DNA from: Lentisphaeria bacterium
Lineage (GTDB): Bacteria; Verrucomicrobiota; Lentisphaeria; JABSQK01; CAJWLW01
NCBI GenBank assembly: GCA_963580095.1
Contig: CAUZJQ010000003.1
Span: forward strand, 1-49,699
Reading direction: 5' to 3'
DNA length: 49,699 nucleotides
Shown: positions 47,309-49,699 of the stretch, in pieces
How positions within the stretch are numbered: position 1 is the stretch's first letter
Layout of the letters: each line of letters opens with the position of its first letter
Translations under genes and position numbers: made by a program
Notes under the pieces: generated by a model
Database searches by the model: none
What the model saw: the letters and a program-made list of their open reading frames with translations, nothing else
What the model was told of the DNA's origin: nothing

Positions 47309-47463
47309 GGCCGACACAAGTGCCTGGAAACGTGTCAACACAGGTTTAGCGAACAACGAAAACTGTCGCTAAACCAAAGACGTGACTGTCGTCGCCCATG
47401 GTCCTGGCGCCGTCCGGATAAATACGCTCGCCTAACCCCAGAGTCGGAGGGACATCAGTGAAA

Positions 47464-48216
47464 ATGAACAACGAGGTTGAATGGGCGGTCGAACATCTGA
47501 AGACTTACGGATACTGCTTGCTGGAAGATCGTATCCCGGGAGATCTGGCGCAGAACATGGCGCAGCGTTGCCTCGAGTTGCACGCCGACCCCAAGTTGGA
47601 GCCGTACATCGTCGGTGACGAGTTCTATCAGAGCCTGTTCGGCATGCTGAACCTGGATGACCGGGTCTGGGCCTGTGCCAGTCACCCCGATGTGGTGGCA
47701 GTCGCTCGGCACTTTTTGGGGCCTAATTGTCGGGTAGTCGAGGCGTGTTCCAAGCCGACGTGGCCCGGGGCTCCACGTCAGGGCCTGCACGTTGATTCAG
47801 CGTGTGAGTTCTCCGAGGTACCCGATGTGCCATGGATGATCAACTCCATCTGGATGCTGACGGATTTTACGGTGGAGAACGGGGCCACTGGGGTGGTGCC
47901 GATGAGCCACCGGTCGCGCCTGAAACACCCGCCGCCGGAAATCAAGGCAGACAGCCCGCTGATCAAACCAGTGACTGGGTGGGCCGGCTCGGTGATGATG
48001 TGGCACGGTGGTTTGTTCCACATGGCGCGCGCCAACACCAGCGAGCAGATTCGCGTGGGACTTAATGTGGCCTACTATCCGCGCTGGTTTAACAACTGGA
48101 TCGAGGACGACCACCAGCCGCTCTGGCCCGAGACCCATGACCGGATGTCGCCGGAGATGCAATCGTTGTGTCCGGGTAAGCTCGGCCGCAAACGCGAAGA
48201 CGTGTATGAGAGGTAG
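47464..48216 (+). CDS. PhyH-family Fe(II)/2-oxoglutarate dioxygenase
   Basis: Motifs LKTYGYCLL, QGLHVD, INSIWMLTDFTVENGATGVVPMSH and WHGGLFHMARAN. A GGAGG RBS is present; an alternative GTG start is at 47458. Confidence 0.92.
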   Translation: MNNEVEWAVEHLKTYGYCLLEDRIPGDLAQNMAQRCLELHADPKLEPYIVGDEFYQSLFGMLNLDDRVWACASHPDVVAVARHFLGPNCRVVEACSKPTWPGAPRQGLHVDSACEFSEVPDVPWMINSIWMLTDFTVENGATGVVPMSHRSRLKHPPPEIKADSPLIKPVTGWAGSVMMWHGGLFHMARANTSEQIRVGLNVAYYPRWFNNWIEDDHQPLWPETHDRMSPEMQSLCPGKLGRKREDVYER

Positions 48217-48236
48217 TTGCATCGCCTGCAACGCGC

Positions 48237-48308
48237 CGACAACCAACTCGGTGCACCGAATGCGGAACGCGCTGACGCCCGCCCGCCTAGGTGACCTGAC
48301 CGTTCGAG
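48237..48308 (+). repeat. attC-like site (same subfamily as 47235..47308)
   Basis: CGACAACC..TCGGTGCAC..GCGGAAC....GGTGACCT..GTTCGAG. Confidence 0.7.
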
Positions 48309-48329
48309 GGTAGAGGGAGACATGACAGT

Positions 48330-48737
48330 ATGAGTATTCGACTCGGCATCTGTGGCGTTGGAGCATTCGCAGACTGCTTCATCCCCCTGTTCAAGCACCA
48401 TCCAGAGGTTGAGAACGTCATTTTGTGCGATCTGAATGCGGAGAAACTGACCGCCAAGTGCGCGAAGTTCGACATCGCAGACCGGTGTGCGTCACTGGAC
48501 GAGCTTTGCGAGCTGGATGTAGAGGCAATCGCAGTCATTACCCAACACCATCTGCATGGTCCGCAGGGAGTGCAGGCCCTAAGAGCTGGCAAGCATGTCT
48601 ATTCGGCTGTGCCGTCGGCAATATCGATGGAGGAGATCACCGAGCTGATCGAGGTCCGGCCCGCAATTCGCACAACTGCAGCAAGGCGCATAATGTACAC
48701 TTGGTGCCGTAACCTGCAGACGGGAGGTCCGCCGTGA
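48330..48737 (+). pseudogene. Truncated Gfo/Idh/MocA oxidoreductase (Rossmann domain only)
   Basis: RLGICGVGAFA...H.PQGVQALRAGKHVYSAVPSAISMEEI. Family-like sequence ends at about 48655 and the C-terminal domain is missing. Confidence 0.75.
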
Positions 48738-49444
48738 AACCGCGCAAAACCCATTTCACACTGATTGAGCTACTGGTCGTCATCGCGATCATCGCCATCC
48801 TGGCGGCCATGCTGCTGCCGGCGCTGAGCAACGCAAAAAGGCGCGCCTACGTGGTTGTCTGCCTCGGCAACCACAAACAGCTGGGCATCGCCCTGTCTTT
48901 CTACACCGATTCCCACGACAGCGCGTTCCCGTCCTTCGAGGATGCCGTCCAGACCTACTACAAATGGGGGGGCAAGCAAGGGACCGAATACACGGACAGC
49001 GTCCGGCTGATGAACCCGTATGTGGGCTGGGACGGACCGGCGACCACCACCAGTGCCGGCGAACTGGAACTGTTTCACTGTCCGGCGGATATCGGGACCG
49101 AGGACGGCAGTGCGTGGCCCCGGAAACCGTCCTGGTGGGACACGCTCGGTTACAGCTATGTGCTGAATTCCGACGCGAACGGAAACAACACCGCCCTGGG
49201 GCTGGTCAACAAGAGGCTCTCACAGATTCGAAATCCCGCGCGCGTATTCGCGGTCGTCGAAGCCCCCCTCAAGGCCCATATGTTTGACAACGTGTACTTT
49301 GACCTCAGCTACTGGCATCACAAAAGCCAGCTCGGCTGGGGCACCGCAAACTTCGTGGACGGACACGCGCGCCACCTGCAAGTTGAACGGAACAACCCCA
49401 CCTTCCAGAGCGGCCCCGACTGGACCTACATCTTCGATGATTGA
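48734..49444 (+). CDS. Prepilin-type N-terminal cleavage/methylation protein with H-X9-DG-like motif
   Basis: [29 protein letters not shown]...[18 protein letters not shown] and HH...[20 protein letters not shown] precedes the GTG. Confidence 0.92.
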   Translation: MKPRKTHFTLIELLVVIAIIAILAAMLLPALSNAKRRAYVVVCLGNHKQLGIALSFYTDSHDSAFPSFEDAVQTYYKWGGKQGTEYTDSVRLMNPYVGWDGPATTTSAGELELFHCPADIGTEDGSAWPRKPSWWDTLGYSYVLNSDANGNNTALGLVNKRLSQIRNPARVFAVVEAPLKAHMFDNVYFDLSYWHHKSQLGWGTANFVDGHARHLQVERNNPTFQSGPDWTYIFDD

Positions 49445-49448
49445 CCTA

Positions 49449-49516
49449 TCGCAATCACCGTCGGTGCACTCGGTTCGGGTTCCGCTGGCGCTCCGCCTCT
49501 GACTTCTACGTTCGGC
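49449..49516 (+). repeat. Degenerate attC-like site
   Basis: Begins 5 nt after the prepilin stop, shares TCGGTGCAC with the previous two sites, and ends TGACTTCTAC-GTTCGGC. The R'' core reads AAT rather than AAC. Confidence 0.55.
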
Positions 49517-49583
49517 GGCAGGACAGATCGTACGCGTACTTCAGTCCCAACGGGACGGTACTCGTACGCGTACTCGGGAGACG

Positions 49584-49699
49584 ATGATGTTTGACCATGA
49601 GAAACTTGATGTCTACCGGATCGTGGCCATGCTGACGAAGATGGCCGCCATATCGATGGAACTGCGGGAGGAAAACGAGTACGAGTACGTCAATCAAGC
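49584..49699 (+). pseudogene. Internally deleted four-helix-bundle (23S rRNA IVP/Avd-like) gene, running off the window
   Basis: A GGGAG RBS is followed by MMFDHEKLDVYR-IVAMLTKMAAISMELREENEYEYVNQ, in which a typical family N-terminus is joined directly to a typical C-terminus. Confidence 0.6.

Larger units (their letters stand above)
45148..49516 (+). mobile_element. Cluster of attC sites lacking an integron-integrase in this window (CALIN-like cassette array)
   Basis: Five clear and two degenerate AAC...palindrome...GTT sites, all in the same orientation and mostly directly downstream of + strand ORFs. Confidence 0.8.

Noticed and set aside
45836-49516. CRISPR array
   Set aside because: The repeats are non-identical, 64-88 bp long and separated by gene-sized intervals. 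They fit attC sites, and no cas genes are present.

Overview
Bacterial chromosomal window of moderately high GC, read with the standard genetic code. The expanded prepilin-type H-X9-DG, PhyH, DUF1573 and FG-GAP/ASPIC-UnbV families suggest a PVC-superphylum organism such as Lentisphaerae, Kiritimatiellae or Planctomycetes (inference). The left part holds housekeeping and catabolic genes: a GH51 glycosidase, hisE-hisG, an M42 peptidase, ribH, and an SDR/M24/VOC/lipoyl-carrier/E1alpha/E1beta operon. Four things stand out. (1) A ~1252-codon FG-GAP/ASPIC-UnbV/redoxin/TPR gene is interrupted by one in-frame UGA followed by a SECIS-like hairpin, making it a candidate selenoprotein. (2) Three tandem, separately promoted, mosaic secreted proteins each have a variable head, a short collagen stalk and a conserved Cys-rich C-terminal domain. 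(3) Two near-identical prepilin-type genes each sit behind a copy of the same palindromic operator inside a catabolic locus. (4) An integrase-less array of attC-like sites at about 45.1-49.5 kb contains true gene cassettes plus PhyH and prepilin genes and gene remnants. No rRNA, tRNA, CRISPR array, transposase or integrase was recognised. All product calls come from motif recognition by eye; no database search was run.
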